A stretch of 61,683 nucleotides of DNA, taken from Candidatus Azambacteria bacterium. GTDB taxonomy: Bacteria; Patescibacteriota; Minisyncoccia; GWC2-36-17; WO2-46-25. Location: assembly GCA_016200965.1 (NCBI GenBank), contig JACQDT010000026.1, positions 1 to 61,683 on the forward strand, written 5' to 3'. Numbering within the stretch: the stretch's first letter is position 1; the number at the start of each line of letters is the position of its first letter. The notes beneath the pieces are model-generated. The model was not told the origin of the DNA. It did not search any database and saw only the letters and a program-made list of their open reading frames with translations. Below are positions 59,979 through 61,683 of the stretch, piece after piece. A program made the position numbers and the translations under genes.

Positions 59979-61129
59979 AATTCGTAATAAGAAGGGTGAA
60001 ATCCGATGGTGCGCGAATGCGCCTTGATGAGATCCGCGTATGTATCGTCACCGTATGTTATTTTTTCCATCGGAATTTCCGCCGCCGCTATCGTTATGGT
60101 TTCCGCAAGGCACGCAAACACGTTCCCTTGCTTCAGGGGAAACTTAAAATGGTAATCAATTGCTGGCGGCGAAACCACCATTCCGCCTTCATAAAACCGG
60201 CAATCGCGGCGGGCAGAAATGACACTCTTGGTAATGTTTTTGGGTTGCGATATGTCGTATACAATTGCTCCCTTTTTCAGGTGTTCCGTCTGAATGAGCG
60301 CAGCGGGAGAATTTGTGGCAAGTACGACAAAATCCGCGGAAACGAGGGATGCGGGATCGGTTGAAATATCGATTGCGCGGCCTGGAAATTGTTTTGCGAG
60401 GGTGGATTTGAGTGCTTCGAGATTTATGAGCGTACGCGACACGAGAAGCAACTCTTGCGCGCCTGCGCGAAGAAGAATCCTGCTCAGGATGCCTCCCACC
60501 GAACCAGTGGCGCCGAGTATCGCGATGCGCATACGCCCGAGTTCTTTTCCTGCGCCACTTACGATGCGCGAAATGTTTTCAGCGCTTGCGATGGCGGTAA
60601 ACGTATTGCCATTCGTTACGGCGGCGTCGGTGATTTCCTCAACATCACCGCCGTTATCGGTAAGCGAAGATGTGTAGGCGCCCAGACCGATTACGACAGC
60701 CCCGAGTTTTTCTGCAAAACGCGCCGCCCGAAAAATTTTTTTCTTTGCGCGTGATTTTTGTTCAATCATCTGCGCCGCGGTCATCGGAATCGCGATAATG
60801 GCGCCACGGATTTGTTTTCCGTCGCGAATCGTCCGGACGCCGGTAATCATGGAGAGGCGGATCGGCCACGCGAATCCGAGAAACATCCGTGTTATTTTTT
60901 CCGGAAATGGCCGCAAAAAAGGAAACGTTGCGATTGCGTCGGATGTATAGCGCGCATGCAAAAGAAAAGCAAAATCAATCTCCGGCTTCTTGCGCGCGGA
61001 AAAATACTGAACGAACAAATCATTGAATATTCTGGTGATTGCTTTCATTAAAAATGCGGCTTCGTCGCTGACTCTCCCAGCATACCAAAAACAGGCGCGG
61101 GGTACAATGAAAAGGTGTTTTATCCTCAT
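59975..61129 (-). CDS. NAD(P)-binding oxidoreductase, acyl-ACP reductase (AAR)-like/shikimate-DH-like fold
   Basis: VTNGNTFTA, ILGATGSVGG and FACLAETI parallel the TTGNTHTA, VVGATGDIGS and FACFAEAM blocks of cyanobacterial acyl-ACP reductases as I recall them. The start may be the ATG at 61048. Confidence 0.5.
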   Translation of the reverse strand: MRIKHLFIVPRACFWYAGRVSDEAAFLMKAITRIFNDLFVQYFSARKKPEIDFAFLLHARYTSDAIATFPFLRPFPEKITRMFLGFAWPIRLSMITGVRTIRDGKQIRGAIIAIPMTAAQMIEQKSRAKKKIFRAARFAEKLGAVVIGLGAYTSSLTDNGGDVEEITDAAVTNGNTFTAIASAENISRIVSGAGKELGRMRIAILGATGSVGGILSRILLRAGAQELLLVSRTLINLEALKSTLAKQFPGRAIDISTDPASLVSADFVVLATNSPAALIQTEHLKKGAIVYDISQPKNITKSVISARRDCRFYEGGMVVSPPAIDYHFKFPLKQGNVFACLAETITIAAAEIPMEKITYGDDTYADLIKAHSRTIGFHPSYYEL

Positions 61130-61228
61130 TGATTATTTCGGAAGTCATTACTTGACAAAAGTTGAAGATACAATACCATACGAATGCTTTGTTTTTTGAC
61201 AACCAAAACCTTGAAAGGAGGTGTGGCA

Positions 61229-61683
61229 ATGCATGAAAGAATCCTGTTCTCACGCCAAAGCGATGGATTGTTTATACTACGGAGAAAACTCGGGACGAAT
61301 GGGTATCTCTTCTCCCCGGAATTCAACAAAAACAATTTATTGCCCCTTCTCTCCCAATTTGGAAAACATCGCCCACAAGAAGACGGGCAACCCTTTTATG
61401 TAGTGAGGGCGGGAGAAAAACTCCAACCGGTTGACGGAGGGTCGCTCATGCCTCATACAGATGACTTTAACTCACCGAGTCGCCCACCAAGACTTGTTGC
61501 GCTCCATTGTATCAACCCCAGCACAGGAACAGGTGGTAAAACCCTCATCGCGGACGGCTACACATGGCTTAGGGAGCTTACACCTAAAAAGATTGAACTT
61601 CTCAAAAGGTTGTGGCGGTATAAGCGTGGAGATGGGTTTGTTGAACGACCGTTTCTTTCAACCACGCGAATACTTCGTGTAAG
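61229..61683 (+). CDS. TauD/TfdA-family Fe(II)/2-oxoglutarate dioxygenase-like protein, partial (runs off the window end)
   Basis: Absent from the ORF track (no stop). GGAGG lies 7 nt before ATG 61229. My translation reads MHERILFSRQSDG...SLMPHTDDFNSPSRPPRLVALHCINPSTGTGGKTLIADG, with an HxD facial-triad motif and a GG-x-T region as in TauD-like enzymes. Confidence 0.65.
   Translation, partial: MHERILFSRQSDGLFILRRKLGTNGYLFSPEFNKNNLLPLLSQFGKHRPQEDGQPFYVVRAGEKLQPVDGGSLMPHTDDFNSPSRPPRLVALHCINPSTGTGGKTLIADGYTWLRELTPKKIELLKRLWRYKRGDGFVERPFLSTTRILRV

Noticed and set aside
1-61683. CRISPR arrays, rRNA genes, canonical tRNA genes, and transposase or integrase genes
   Set aside because: I found no regularly spaced direct repeats. 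The only GGTTCGA-type T-loop is in the tmRNA. No ORF has integrase, transposase, Cas or reverse-transcriptase motifs.

Overview
This 61.7-kb window looks like part of a small-genome, uncultivated bacterium. The Patescibacteria/CPR-like character is my inference from gene content, not a database result. Most genes lie on the minus strand and are housekeeping. They cover cell wall (murD, a murE-like ligase, a FemAB-like gene), DNA repair and replication (ruvA, uvrB, family-4 UDG, holA, recO, polA), translation (glyQS, ileS, argS, rpsT, infC-rpmI-rplT, smpB plus tmRNA, thiI, tsaE) and pyrG. Several accessory segments are interspersed. (1) A visibly GC-rich ~323-nt non-coding element closed by perfect 19-bp and 20-bp stems sits directly upstream of glyQS. 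(2) A RelE/RHH toxin-antitoxin pair and an orphan gene lie next to smpB-ssrA. (3) An AT-rich ~11-kb island (33.4-44.2 kb) holds decaying paralogous PEP-utilizing dikinase-like genes with rifampin-phosphotransferase-like architecture. It also holds histidine-phosphatase-like genes, an FGase-like fusion and a PTA/PTB-like gene, bracketed by two AbiE-type modules. (4) An AT-rich type II restriction-modification pair lies between tsaE and argS. (5) A radical-SAM/SPASM maturase overlaps a Trp/Asn/Lys-rich 61-codon ORF followed by a tight terminator. This candidate RiPP locus is my top candidate for something undescribed. IleRS carries an inserted histidine-phosphatase domain. A ~52-nt hairpin repeat occurs twice. 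I saw no rRNA, no canonical tRNA and no CRISPR array. All functional calls rest on motifs I read in the translations; no searches were run.
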